A stretch of DNA of 64,000 bases from Nitrospirota bacterium (GTDB lineage Bacteria > Nitrospirota > UBA9217), in NCBI GenBank assembly GCA_963790205.1, contig CAWBNQ010000011.1, positions 1 to 64,000 of the forward strand, written 5' to 3'. Under the pieces are notes generated by a model, which searched no databases, was not told the origin of the DNA, and saw nothing but the letters and a program-made list of their open reading frames with translations. The position numbers and the translations under genes are program-made. Below are positions 48,790 to 58,657 of the stretch, in pieces; positions within the stretch are counted from its first letter, which is position 1; the number at the start of each line of letters is the position of its first letter.

Positions 48790-50226
48790 GTGAGAATATT
48801 ACTCGTTAAACCGAACCCGCAGCTTCTGGTAGCAAAGCGCCTGCAGGAGGGGTTTCTGCATCTTGAGCCGCTTGAACTTGAGATGGTCGCTGCCGGCGCG
48901 CCGTCCGAGGACGAGGTCGTGATCCTGGACCTGAGTTTCGAGAAAGACCCGGTCCTGGGCTTTCAGGAGAAGGTCCGCGCCTTTGCTCCGCAGATCGTCG
49001 GCTTCACCGGCTACAGCAGCCAGTCCGGTCTGGTCAAGAGCCTTGCCGCGCTCGTCAAACAGCACGACCCCGCGATCGTGACCATTGTCGGCGGCACGCA
49101 CGCGACGATCATTCCCGCGGATTACACGGTGAACTGCGACAGCCTCGACCTCATCGTGCGCGGCGAAGGCGGCACCGTGTTCGGCGAGATCCTCAGGCGC
49201 TTCAAGAACAAGGAACCGCTGGCGTTCGGCGATGCCGTGCTCTCGCCCAAGGCCGCTGATTTCGCGGAGAAGGCGGCCGGACCGCCGCCGGAGTTCCCTC
49301 CCGTGGACCAGATCCCCCGGGCGCGCCGGGAGCTCGTTGACCGGTCCCGGTATTTCTGCGTCTGGACCTCGAGCACGGAAAAGAAGCTCGACACGATCTT
49401 CCCGCGCACGGCAAGCATGCGCACGTCAACGGGCTGCGCCTACACATGTTCCTTCTGCGTGGTGCACTACCTGATGCGCGGCAAGTATCTCCAGCGCCGG
49501 CCCGAGGACGTGGTGGACGAGATCGCCAAGGTCCCCGAGGACCATATTTACTTTGTCGATGACGAGACCTTTCTGAACAAGGACCGTTTGACCAAGATCG
49601 CGAATCTGCTGATCGAACGCGGGATCAAGAAGAAGTACATCAGCTGGGCCCGCGCCGACACGATCGTGAAATATCCCGAGCTCTTCAGGCTCTGGAAGCA
49701 GGTGGGCCTGAGCGTGGTCTACGTGGGGCTCGAAGCCATGGTCGGGTCACGGCTCGATAAATACAAAAAACGGACAAGCGTCGATACGAACCGCAAGGCC
49801 GTGGAGTTCCTGAAAGAGATCGGGATCACGCTCCATGCGAGCTTCATGGTGGACCCCGACTTCTCGGTCCAGGACTTCAAAGACCTTGAAAAAGAGATCA
49901 TGAAGGTCTGCCCGGCCGAGGTGACCTTCACGGTCTTCTCGCCCTCGCCGGGGACCGATCTCTGGAAACAGCATAAGGACGACTACATCTGCGATCCGTA
50001 CCTGAACTACGACTGCATGCACACGATCCTTCCCACGACGCTGAACATGAACCTGTTCTATGCCCACTTCGCGAAACTGTCGCGGGTCGCCCTTCAGGCG
50101 AACCCGCTCAGGGTGAACAAGGTCAGGGTCCCGTTCCGGGAGACGCTTAAGATCATCTACCTCGGAACGCGGTATATCTTCGCCATGCGGAACATCTACA
50201 AGGACTATTTGCCGAAGAAAACATGA
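48790..50226 (+). CDS. B12-binding radical SAM enzyme
   Basis: EPLELE, VGGTHAT, GEG, GCAYTCSFC, FVDD, SPSPGT. Confidence 0.9.
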   Translation: MRILLVKPNPQLLVAKRLQEGFLHLEPLELEMVAAGAPSEDEVVILDLSFEKDPVLGFQEKVRAFAPQIVGFTGYSSQSGLVKSLAALVKQHDPAIVTIVGGTHATIIPADYTVNCDSLDLIVRGEGGTVFGEILRRFKNKEPLAFGDAVLSPKAADFAEKAAGPPPEFPPVDQIPRARRELVDRSRYFCVWTSSTEKKLDTIFPRTASMRTSTGCAYTCSFCVVHYLMRGKYLQRRPEDVVDEIAKVPEDHIYFVDDETFLNKDRLTKIANLLIERGIKKKYISWARADTIVKYPELFRLWKQVGLSVVYVGLEAMVGSRLDKYKKRTSVDTNRKAVEFLKEIGITLHASFMVDPDFSVQDFKDLEKEIMKVCPAEVTFTVFSPSPGTDLWKQHKDDYICDPYLNYDCMHTILPTTLNMNLFYAHFAKLSRVALQANPLRVNKVRVPFRETLKIIYLGTRYIFAMRNIYKDYLPKKT

Positions 50227-51650
50227 ATATCGTCTCTGTCATTAAACAGGCAACAGAAAATCATTTAGGGAAGACCGCGGTGATCGAGGGCGCCGACCGC
50301 GTGACCTATGGCCGGCTGCTTACGGCCGCTGAAGAGCTGGCCGATGTCCTGCGCAAGAAGGGTGTCGCGCGGCTCCACCGCGTGGGCCTTCTCTGCGACG
50401 ACAGCATCGATTACGTTATCGTAAGCCTGGCGATCCTGTCCCTCTCCGCCGTCGTTGTTCCCGTGTCCCCGGAGCAGACCACGGAGGAAGCCGAGAAGGT
50501 CATTGACATCATCGATATCGACTTTCTCATCGCCGAGCCGCGGCTGTGGCAGAACGGATACGGCGACGCGCTGCAGTCGAGCGGTCTTGTCAGGAAAGAA
50601 TTTACCATCGTGAAGAGGGTGGTCCGGGAAAAGCCGAAGGCGGAGTATTGCAGGACCAATCCCGCGTTCATCCGGTTCAGCTCCGGCACGACGGGCGCGA
50701 GCAAGGGCGTCGTGCTGTCCCACGAGGCGATCATCGAACGGACCGATGCGGCCGACCGGGGCCTGCAGATAACAGCCCAGGATACGGTGCTCTGGGTCCT
50801 GTCCATGAGCTATCACTTCGTGGTCACGATCCTCCTGTTCCTCCGGCGCGGCGCGGCCATCGTGCTCTGCGGCACGCGGTTCCCGGACACGCTCATCGAA
50901 GGCATCCGGACGCACGCCGGGACGTTCATCTATGCGTCGCCGTTCCATTACAGCCTGCTGTCGCGCGCCGATGCCCTTGGTCGTGATGATCTGAAACACA
51001 TCCGCTGCGCGGTCTCGACGGCAATGAAGCTTCCGGAAGTCGTGGCCGAGGAGTTTTCCGCAAAGTTCGGCATTGAGCTGACCGAGGCGTACGGCATTAT
51101 CGAGGTCGGCCTGCCTTTTGTACGGCTCACCGGCGGCAGAGACAAAAGGGGAACGGTAGGAAAACCCCTGCCCGACTTCGAAGTAAAACTCGACCGGAAA
51201 GACGCCGAGGGCGTGGGGGAGATCCGCATCAAGGGCAAGGGGATGCTCGATGCCTATTATTCTCCCTGGCAGTCGAGAGAGGACAGCCTGTCCGACGGCT
51301 GGTTCAAGACCGGCGATCTCGGCAGAATAGACAAGGACGGTTTCCTGACCATTGTGGGCAGGGAAAAGGACGTTATTAATTTCGTCGGCATGAAGATCTT
51401 TGCCCAGGAAGTGGAGGCGGTGCTCAATCAGCACCCGCAGGTGAAAGAATCCCTCGTATACGGCGCAGCGCATCCCCAGTACGGACAGTTGCCCATGGCA
51501 AAGCTAGTTCTGCGCCAGGAGAACGGCGTGGACGTAAGCGAACTCAGGAAATTCTGCTATCAGCGGCTCGCCCAGTACAAGGTGCCGAAGGATTTCGAGT
51601 TCGTGGACCAGTTGCCCAAAACCGCGAGCGGAAAGATCAAAAGACAGTAA
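50223..51650 (+). CDS. AMP-dependent acyl-CoA / acyl-ACP ligase
   Basis: FSSGTTGASKG, AYGIIE, WFKTGDLG, GREKD, LPKTASGKI. Confidence 0.93.
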   Translation: MNIVSVIKQATENHLGKTAVIEGADRVTYGRLLTAAEELADVLRKKGVARLHRVGLLCDDSIDYVIVSLAILSLSAVVVPVSPEQTTEEAEKVIDIIDIDFLIAEPRLWQNGYGDALQSSGLVRKEFTIVKRVVREKPKAEYCRTNPAFIRFSSGTTGASKGVVLSHEAIIERTDAADRGLQITAQDTVLWVLSMSYHFVVTILLFLRRGAAIVLCGTRFPDTLIEGIRTHAGTFIYASPFHYSLLSRADALGRDDLKHIRCAVSTAMKLPEVVAEEFSAKFGIELTEAYGIIEVGLPFVRLTGGRDKRGTVGKPLPDFEVKLDRKDAEGVGEIRIKGKGMLDAYYSPWQSREDSLSDGWFKTGDLGRIDKDGFLTIVGREKDVINFVGMKIFAQEVEAVLNQHPQVKESLVYGAAHPQYGQLPMAKLVLRQENGVDVSELRKFCYQRLAQYKVPKDFEFVDQLPKTASGKIKRQ

Positions 51651-51662
51651 CCGAAGAAATTT

Positions 51663-51760
51663 TCTCGCAAAGCTCGCCAAGTTCGCTAAGAGAAGCAAGA
51701 CCTTTGGTTTAAAGCCAGGATTTAAAGATTTTCTTTGCGCCCTTTGCGTGCTCCGCGAGA
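51663..51760. repeat. Intergenic imperfect palindrome
   Basis: TCTCGCAAAGCTCGCCAAGTTCGCTAAG ... CTTTGCGCCCTTTGCGTGCTCCGCGAGA. Confidence 0.7.
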
Positions 51761-51804
51761 GACGCCTTTGTTTTTTGCTTCATCGGTCTTAAGGATATTA
51801 AATA

Positions 51805-53238
51805 ATGAAAATTCTTTTGATTAACCCCTTCGGCTCGAACTGGGTCGAGGGCATGGAAGACAAGACCGAGACCGCCATACGCATGGCCCCCATGGGCATC
51901 CTGTCGATCGCGGCATATCTGGAACAACAGGGCATTGACGTGGAGCTTTACGACTGCCGCGGGCCGGTCACCCTCGTCGGGACCGCCGACGCTCTCGCCC
52001 GGGTCGCCGCTTTCAAGCCGGACATGGTGGGATTCACCGCGGTAACATCGAGCTTCTTGAACGCCTATCAACAGGCAGAGGACATAAAAAAGACAACGCC
52101 GCATATCAAGACCGTCGTGGGCGGCGTGCATGTGTCCGCCTTGCGCGGAAAGATCCTGGAACGATTCCCGGCTATCGATTACGTGGTGACCGGCGAAGGC
52201 GAGAAGGCCATGGCCGAACTCGCCGCAGGCGCACCGCCGAAAGCCATTCAGGGCCTGGTGTACCGTGAAGGCGCTGAAATAAAGGACAACGGCCTCAGGA
52301 CCGAGCTCTGCGAACTCGACAGCCTTCCTTTTCCGGCTTACCACAAGCTTGAGGGTTTCCCCAGGCGCTTCGAAGCCGCCTTGTTCAACTATCCCAAGGC
52401 GCCGACGGCAACGATCATTTCGAGCCGCGGCTGCCCATACCAGTGCTCCTACTGCGACCGGTCGGTGTACCGCCGGAGCTTCCGGTTCAATTCAGCGGAA
52501 TATCTGTACGAGCATATGGCATTCCTGAAAAAGAACTTCGGCATCAGACACGTGTTCTTCTACGACGACCTGTTCACGTTCAACCGCGAGCGGGTCGAAA
52601 AATTCTGCGGTCTTTTGCGCGACAAACCGCTGGGCATGACCTTTAATTGCGCCGTGCGCGTGGGGCATATCGATGACGCGCTGCTCAAGATGCTTAAAAC
52701 ATCGGGCTGCTGGATGGTAAGCCTCGGCATCGAGTCGGGAGCACCGGAGATCCTGGCGCGCCACAAGACCAAAGTTGATTTCAACGAGATGAAGACCACG
52801 GTCCGGCGCATCCAGAGGGCGGGCATCAGGGCCAAGGGCCTGTTCATGATGGGTCTTCCGGGCGAGACCGAAAAGACCATAAAAATGACAACGGACTTCA
52901 TCAACGGCCTGGAGCTTGACGATATGAACATGACCAAGTTCACGCCGTTCCCGGGGTCGCCTATCTATCAGACTATCCAAGAGGAAGGCGCGTTCACGGA
53001 AAAGTGGGAGCTGATGAACTGTCTCAATTTCGTTTACGTGCCCCGGGGGATCGAATCGAAAGAACGGCTTGACGACCTCTATAAGCAGTTTCTCAAACAG
53101 TTTTACACCGGCAGAAACTGGATCAGGAAGTTCGGCCCGCTCATGTTCAAATCTCCGCACAGCACACTGCGGATGATCAAGGGCATGCCGACCTTCCTGA
53201 AGATCAGGAAGGATTTTGAACCGAAGGGGAACGGTTAA
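51805..53238 (+). CDS. B12-binding radical SAM enzyme (class B methyltransferase-like)
   Basis: PMGILSIA, VGGVHVS, GEGE, SRGCPYQCSYC, YDDLFT, GIESG, GLPGET, TPFPGS. Confidence 0.92.
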   Translation: MKILLINPFGSNWVEGMEDKTETAIRMAPMGILSIAAYLEQQGIDVELYDCRGPVTLVGTADALARVAAFKPDMVGFTAVTSSFLNAYQQAEDIKKTTPHIKTVVGGVHVSALRGKILERFPAIDYVVTGEGEKAMAELAAGAPPKAIQGLVYREGAEIKDNGLRTELCELDSLPFPAYHKLEGFPRRFEAALFNYPKAPTATIISSRGCPYQCSYCDRSVYRRSFRFNSAEYLYEHMAFLKKNFGIRHVFFYDDLFTFNRERVEKFCGLLRDKPLGMTFNCAVRVGHIDDALLKMLKTSGCWMVSLGIESGAPEILARHKTKVDFNEMKTTVRRIQRAGIRAKGLFMMGLPGETEKTIKMTTDFINGLELDDMNMTKFTPFPGSPIYQTIQEEGAFTEKWELMNCLNFVYVPRGIESKERLDDLYKQFLKQFYTGRNWIRKFGPLMFKSPHSTLRMIKGMPTFLKIRKDFEPKGNG

Positions 53239-53300
53239 TCGAACTTATTTCATACCCGTGTCAGTTTAGATCAAATGTCACAGGCGCTGCAAGAAATTTC

Positions 53301-53330
53301 TTGACAGCAATGCGGCACTTAGGGTAAGGT
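53301..53330 (+). promoter_or_regulatory. Putative sigma70 promoter of the pyr operon
   Basis: TTGACA-18 bp-TAAGGT just upstream of the PyrR site. Confidence 0.55.
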
Positions 53331-53348
53331 AAGACCGTAAACACGAAT

Positions 53349-53383
53349 CCTCTTTAAGTCTGGTCCGGAGAGGCCAGGAAGGG
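53349..53383 (+). promoter_or_regulatory. PyrR-binding RNA hairpin (pyr attenuator)
   Basis: CTTTAA-GTCTGGTCCGGAGAGGCCAGG-AAGG matches the CUUUAA...GUCCNGNGAGGC consensus; lies upstream of pyrR. Confidence 0.9.
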
Positions 53384-53434
53384 TCCTGAATGAAAAACTT
53401 CAACAGCGGAATAACGCTCAAAATACACACACGC

Positions 53435-53468
53435 ACCTTCTTCCCAATCAGGGAGAAGGTTTTTTTTG
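53435..53468 (+). terminator. Attenuator intrinsic terminator
   Basis: ACCTTCTTCCC-AATCA-GGGAGAAGGT followed by a T run, in the pyrR leader. Confidence 0.88.
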
Positions 53469-53502
53469 TGCCTTTTTCCAAAGAGATAAGGGAATAGAAA
53501 CA

Positions 53503-54045
53503 ATGAGTATCAAGGAAAAAGCGCTGATTCTTGACAAGGCCGGCATTGATCGGGCAATGACAAGGATTGCTCACGAGATACTGGAGAAGAACAAGGGCGC
53601 GAAGGAACTCATACTGGTCGGCATCCAACGCGGCGGCGTGCACCTTGCAAAACGGCTTGCCGCCAGGATAAAGGAAATCGAAGGCGTGGAGCCGCCGGTC
53701 GGAAGTCTGGACATAACGATGTATCGCGATGATCTGGCTACGCGCAAGTCACAGCCCGTGCCGCAGGCCACGGACATCACCTTCGACATCCAGGGCAGGA
53801 CCATGGTCCTCGTCGACGATGTGATCTTTACGGGCAGGACCATCCGGGCGGCGCTGAACAGCATCATGGACTACGGCAGGCCGCAGCGCATCCAGCTCGC
53901 GGTGCTCGTTGACCGGGGACATCGGGAGCTTCCGATCCGGGCCGACTATGTTGGCAAGAACCTCCCTACCTCGGCAAAAGAAAAAGTGGAAGTGATGCTG
54001 GCGGAGGATGGGGTGGAAGAGAAGGTTGTGATTTTCGGAGAATGA
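53503..54045 (+). CDS. pyrR: Pyrimidine operon attenuation protein / UPRTase
   Basis: [46 protein letters not shown]. Confidence 0.97.
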   Translation: MSIKEKALILDKAGIDRAMTRIAHEILEKNKGAKELILVGIQRGGVHLAKRLAARIKEIEGVEPPVGSLDITMYRDDLATRKSQPVPQATDITFDIQGRTMVLVDDVIFTGRTIRAALNSIMDYGRPQRIQLAVLVDRGHRELPIRADYVGKNLPTSAKEKVEVMLAEDGVEEKVVIFGE

Positions 54046-54050
54046 GAAAA

Positions 54051-54180
54051 GCAGGGTCCAAGGGTCCAGTAGCCAGGGTACAGGAAAAGCAAATACCTGG
54101 ACCCCGGAACCTGGCCCCTGAAAGCAGGGTCAAGAGTCGCAAATAACTGGACCCTGGCCCCCGGACCCTGGCCCCTTGTT
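54051..54180. repeat. Two pairs of inverted heptamer arrays (CAGGGGC / CCCCTGG family)
   Basis: CAGGGTCCAAGGGTCCAGTAGCCAGGG ... CCTGGACCCCGGAACCTGGCCCCTG ... CTGGACCCTGGCCCCCGGACCCTGGCCCC. Confidence 0.85.
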
Positions 54181-54200
54181 CCCGCGACCCGAGGTTTATT

Positions 54201-55133
54201 ATGTCACTGAGTTCCAAAGACCTGCTCGGCATAAAAGGGATGGCCGCTGATGAGATAAAGCTCATCCTCGATACGGCGGCCACGTTCAGGGACGTGTCCG
54301 AGCGCGACATCAAGAAGGTGCCGACGCTCCGCGGCAAGACGGTGATCAATCTGTTCTACGAAGCGAGCACGAGGACGCGGACGTCCTTCGAACTGGCAGG
54401 CAAACGGCTCTCGGCCGACGTGATAAACATCTCCACCTCGACCAGCAGCGTGGTCAAGGGGGAGACGCTCCTCGATACGGCGCGTAATATCGAAGCCATG
54501 AAATGCAATATCATAATCGTCCGCCACTCCTGTTCGGGAGCGCCGGAGTTCCTGTCGACACGGCTCAAGAGCTCTGTTATCAACGCCGGTGACGGCTTCC
54601 ACGAGCATCCGACGCAGGCGCTCCTCGATATGTTCACGATCCGCGAAAAGCTCGGCAAACTCGAGGGGCTGACAATCGCCATCGTGGGCGATATCGCGCA
54701 CAGCCGCGTGGCGCGTTCCAATATCTACGGCCTCACGGCCATGGGCGCTTTGGTGCGGGTCTGCGGCCCGCCGACCATGGTCCCGCCGGGGCTCGAGGCC
54801 ATGGGCGCGGAAGTCTACTACGATATGGACAAGGCGGTCGAGGGGGCTGATGTGGTCATGATGCTCAGGCTCCAGCTCGAGCGCCAGGCAGCCGGGCTTT
54901 TCCCGGGCGTGCGCGAGTATGCGAGGCTGTACGGGTTGAACAAGGCGCGGCTCGAGCGCGCCGGAAAGAGCGTGGTCGTGATGCATCCCGGCCCCATGAA
55001 TCGCGGCGTGGAGATCGCCTCCGAAGTGGCTGACGATTCTTCGGTCATCCTCGACCAGGTGACGAATGGCGTGGCAGTGCGCATGGCGGTGATGTTCCTC
55101 TTGTCCGGCGGAACAAAGACAGAAACATCGTAA
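54201..55133 (+). CDS. pyrB: Aspartate carbamoyltransferase catalytic subunit
   Basis: [32 protein letters not shown]. Confidence 0.97.
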   Translation: MSLSSKDLLGIKGMAADEIKLILDTAATFRDVSERDIKKVPTLRGKTVINLFYEASTRTRTSFELAGKRLSADVINISTSTSSVVKGETLLDTARNIEAMKCNIIIVRHSCSGAPEFLSTRLKSSVINAGDGFHEHPTQALLDMFTIREKLGKLEGLTIAIVGDIAHSRVARSNIYGLTAMGALVRVCGPPTMVPPGLEAMGAEVYYDMDKAVEGADVVMMLRLQLERQAAGLFPGVREYARLYGLNKARLERAGKSVVVMHPGPMNRGVEIASEVADDSSVILDQVTNGVAVRMAVMFLLSGGTKTETS

Positions 55134-55152
55134 ATTCAGAAAAAATTTCTTG

Positions 55153-55222
55153 GCCGCAAAAAGGCACAAGAGACGCAAGAAAAAGACAGTTCTCTTTTGC
55201 GAATTTTGCGCATCTTTGCGGC
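55153..55222. repeat. Intergenic imperfect palindrome
   Basis: GCCGCAAAAAGGCACAAGAGACGCAAGA ... TTTTGCGAATTTTGCGCATCTTTGCGGC. Confidence 0.75.
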
Positions 55223-55238
55223 AAAAAAAGGCCCCTTT

Positions 55239-56501
55239 ATGAATCTTCTCATTAAAAACGGTCACGTGATCGACCCGGCGAACAAAGTCGATGAGAAACT
55301 CGACGTTCTCGTCACTGACGGGAAGATCGCCAAGCTTGGAAAGCCGGGATCGATATCGGCAAACGGCGCTCAGGTCATCGATGCTTCCGGCAAGCTTGTC
55401 GTGCCGGGCCTTATCGACATGCACGTGCATCTCCGGGAACCGGGGTTCGAGTATAAAGAAACGATCGCGACCGGCACGGCCGCGGCGAGGGCCGGAGGGT
55501 TCACCTCGGTCTGCTGCATGCCGAACACCAATCCGGTGAACGATAGCCGCTCCGTCACCGAATTCATCCTTGCCCAGGCGAGAAGCGCATCGGCCCGGGT
55601 TTTCCCCATTGGCGCTATCACCAAAGGCTCGAAAGGCGAGGAACTGACCGAAATGGCCGAGCTTCACACCGCAGGCTGTTTCGCGGTCTCGGACGACGGC
55701 AAACCGCTGATGAATGCGGCGATCATGCGCCGGGCCATGGAGTATTCAAGGATCTTCGACCTGCTCGTGATCTCCCACTGCGAGGACAGCTCTCTTTCGG
55801 GCAATGGGGTAATGAACGAAGGCGTTGTTTCAACCGAGCTGGGGCTCCGGGGCATCCCGCGCTCAGCGGAGGATGTGATGACCGGACGGGACATCTCGCT
55901 TGCCGAGCTTACGGGCTGCCGGCTCCATATCGCTCATGTGAGCACTGCGGGATCTGTCCGGCTCATCCGCGATGCGAAATCCCGGGGCGTGAAGGTCACT
56001 GCCGAGACCTGCCCGCACTACTTTTCTTTGACCGAAGAGGCCGTGCGGGGGTACAATACCATGGCAAAAATGAACCCCCCGCTCCGCACCGCGGACGACG
56101 TGACTGCGATCAAGCAGGGCCTGAAGGACGGGACCATCGACGTGATCGCCACGGACCACGCGCCCCATGCGCTGGACGAGAAGTCGGGCGAGTTCGATTA
56201 TGCGCCCTTCGGCGTTGCAGGCCTCGAAACGGCTCTCGGGCTCACGCTCAAGCTGGTGAACGAGGGGGCCCTTTCTCTCTCCGAGGTGGTCCGAAAACTC
56301 ACGAACAATCCCGCATCGATCTTCAAGATAGAAGCGGGAACGCTTACTGCCGGTTCGGATGCGGACATCACGATCATCGACCCAGACATCGAGTGGACCG
56401 TGGATGCGTCGGCGTTCAAGTCAAAATCCAGGAATACACCGTTCAACGGATGGAAATTGAAGGGGAAGGCGGTGCAGACGATCGTGGGAGGAAGAATTTA
56501 G
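55239..56501 (+). CDS. pyrC: Dihydroorotase
   Basis: [28 protein letters not shown]; start placed at ATG 55239. Confidence 0.96.
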   Translation: MNLLIKNGHVIDPANKVDEKLDVLVTDGKIAKLGKPGSISANGAQVIDASGKLVVPGLIDMHVHLREPGFEYKETIATGTAAARAGGFTSVCCMPNTNPVNDSRSVTEFILAQARSASARVFPIGAITKGSKGEELTEMAELHTAGCFAVSDDGKPLMNAAIMRRAMEYSRIFDLLVISHCEDSSLSGNGVMNEGVVSTELGLRGIPRSAEDVMTGRDISLAELTGCRLHIAHVSTAGSVRLIRDAKSRGVKVTAETCPHYFSLTEEAVRGYNTMAKMNPPLRTADDVTAIKQGLKDGTIDVIATDHAPHALDEKSGEFDYAPFGVAGLETALGLTLKLVNEGALSLSEVVRKLTNNPASIFKIEAGTLTAGSDADITIIDPDIEWTVDASAFKSKSRNTPFNGWKLKGKAVQTIVGGRI

Positions 56502-57382
56502 TGCGGCGTCCGGAGTCCGGAGCTCGTAGTAGAGCGATACCCGCTATTCTGTTTGTGATACTGGCCGCAGTTTCTTCTTTTGCCGCCCAGGACCAGCAGA
56601 TACAGCAGAAGCTCATTGCTCTCGAAAAAATTCAGGGGAAATTCAGTTTCGTCGTGGTCGGAGACAACCGCTCGGGTGATGATACCTATAAAAAGATCGT
56701 TTCCATGATCGTGGAGCGCAAACCCGATTTTGTCGTCAATACCGGCGATATGATAGCGACCCCGGGCAGCAAGCGGGATTGGGCAAAGTTCTGGGAAATG
56801 TCGAAACCCATTACCGTTCCATACTTCCTGACCGTGGGAAATCATGACGCGCATCCGAAGGTCCCGTTGAGCGAAAAGACATATAAGCAGGAGGTGGACC
56901 TTCCCGGCAACGAGCTTTATTATTCTTTTCTCGCAGGCAACTCGCTCTTCATCGTACTCGATTCTTATCTTGATGACCAGGAAAAGAAAATTACCGGAGA
57001 GCAGTATGCATGGCTCGAAGGCGTGCTCTCGCGTTCACAACAGAAGCACAAGTTCGTATTCCTGCATCATCCCTTGTATACCGATGAGGGGAAGGGGCAT
57101 CATGCTCACGACAGTATCGACAGGTATCCGGACGGCAGGGACAGGCTTGAGGCCCTCTTTGCGAAGTTCAAGGTAAATGCGGTGTTCGCGGGACATGAAC
57201 ATTATTATGAACGGCGGTCCACTGACGGGATCATACATATCATCACCGGCGGAGGCGGCGCGCCGATCTATGATAAAGAAGAGTATGGAGGGTTCAACCA
57301 TTTTGTTCAAGTGACCGTGGACGGCGACAAGGTAAACGGGGAAGTCGTGGACATCAGCGGAAAAGTAAGAGACAGGTTTTAG
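56501..57382 (+). CDS. Secreted calcineurin-like metallophosphoesterase
   Basis: Signal peptide; GDNR, NTGDM, GNHD, HHP, GHEH; start uncertain (GTG 56501). Confidence 0.88.
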   Translation: MRRPESGARSRAIPAILFVILAAVSSFAAQDQQIQQKLIALEKIQGKFSFVVVGDNRSGDDTYKKIVSMIVERKPDFVVNTGDMIATPGSKRDWAKFWEMSKPITVPYFLTVGNHDAHPKVPLSEKTYKQEVDLPGNELYYSFLAGNSLFIVLDSYLDDQEKKITGEQYAWLEGVLSRSQQKHKFVFLHHPLYTDEGKGHHAHDSIDRYPDGRDRLEALFAKFKVNAVFAGHEHYYERRSTDGIIHIITGGGGAPIYDKEEYGGFNHFVQVTVDGDKVNGEVVDISGKVRDRF

Positions 57383-57419
57383 TGCGGAGTTCGGAGCGGC
57401 AAGGGAAGGTAATCTGAAG

Positions 57420-58544
57420 ATGAAAAAAGCGATACTTGCATTAGCCGATGGTTTGGTGTTCGAGGGGGAGTCCTTCGGGGCCGAGGGGGAGACTTCCGGC
57501 GAGATCGTGTTCAATACGAGCATGACCGGGTACCAGGAGATACTGACCGACCCGTCTTACAAGGGCCAGATCGTCACCATGACCTACCCGCAGATAGGCA
57601 ATTACGGCGTGAACAATGAAGACGTGGAGTCCGCGAAGCCTTACGTCGAAGGTTTTATCGTAAAGGAGTATCTGGACATTCCAAGCAACTGGCGCGCGAA
57701 GAAGTCTCTTCATCAGTATCTTGCAGAGAACGGCATTGTCGGCATCCAGGGGATCGATACGCGGGCGCTCACGCGCCATCTCCGCGACTTCGGCGCCCAG
57801 TCGGGCGTCATTTCGACCAAGGACATGGATCCCGAAAGTCTCGTGGGCAAGGCTAAGAAGCTCCCGAAGATGGCCGGCCTCGACCTTGCAAAGGATGTCA
57901 CCTGCAAAAAACCCTATACCTGGGACGAGGGAGACTGGGACCTCGAGAAGGGATATGCAAGAAAGGGGACGTCCCGAGACAAAGTCGTTGCCTATGACTA
58001 CGGCATCAAGCGGAACATCCTGCGGCTCTTAACGCAGGCTGGATGCGACGTGACCGTCGTGCCTGCGACCATGCCGGCCGAAGAAGTGCTCAAGATGAAT
58101 CCCGACGGCGTGTTTCTGTCGAACGGTCCGGGCGATCCCGAGCCCGTGACCTATGCGATCGAGAATATCAAAAAACTGCTCGGCAAGAAACCGATCTTCG
58201 GCATCTGCCTGGGCCAGCAGCTCCTGGGGCTCGCCTTGGGCGGCAAGACCTACAAGCTCAAGTTCGGCCACCACGGCGGGAATCAGCCGATCATGGATTT
58301 GACGACCTGCAAAGTCGAGATAGCTGCGGAGAACCACGGTTTCGCGGTGGACATGGAGACCATGAAGGACCAGGTCGTGATGACGCACGTGAACCTGAAC
58401 GATAAGACCTGCGAGGGCTTTCAGCATAAGACCCTGCCGGCGTTTTCGGTCCAGTATCATCCCGAGGCCTCGCCGGGACCGCATGACAGCAGGTATCTGT
58501 TCCAGCGGTTTATCGATATGATGGAGAAAGAACGGAAGAATTAG
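57420..58544 (+). CDS. carA: Carbamoyl-phosphate synthase small subunit
   Basis: [41 protein letters not shown]. Confidence 0.98.
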   Translation: MKKAILALADGLVFEGESFGAEGETSGEIVFNTSMTGYQEILTDPSYKGQIVTMTYPQIGNYGVNNEDVESAKPYVEGFIVKEYLDIPSNWRAKKSLHQYLAENGIVGIQGIDTRALTRHLRDFGAQSGVISTKDMDPESLVGKAKKLPKMAGLDLAKDVTCKKPYTWDEGDWDLEKGYARKGTSRDKVVAYDYGIKRNILRLLTQAGCDVTVVPATMPAEEVLKMNPDGVFLSNGPGDPEPVTYAIENIKKLLGKKPIFGICLGQQLLGLALGGKTYKLKFGHHGGNQPIMDLTTCKVEIAAENHGFAVDMETMKDQVVMTHVNLNDKTCEGFQHKTLPAFSVQYHPEASPGPHDSRYLFQRFIDMMEKERKN

Positions 58545-58547
58545 TTT

Positions 58548-58644
58548 TCACGCGGAGACGCGGAGAACGCGGAGTTGAAAAAGGTGAATTTGCATTACGG
58601 GTTCTGAATCCTTTTTCTCCGCGCACTTCGCGCTTCCGCGGGAG
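58548..58644. repeat. Intergenic imperfect palindrome
   Basis: TCACGCGGAGACGCGGAGAACGCGGAG ... CTCCGCGCACTTCGCGCTTCCGCGGGAG. Confidence 0.8.
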
Positions 58645-58657
58645 ATGGTTTTGTTTC

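Noticed and set aside
18635..53238. Asserting the product is a ladderane, or a standard aryl polyene pigment
   Set aside because: The ladderane pathway is not biochemically established and similar islands occur in non-producers; the extra enzymes argue against a plain APE. The product cannot be read from sequence.
54051..54180. Repeat arrays as CRISPR
   Set aside because: Units are 7 nt, degenerate and contiguous, with no unique spacers and no cas genes.
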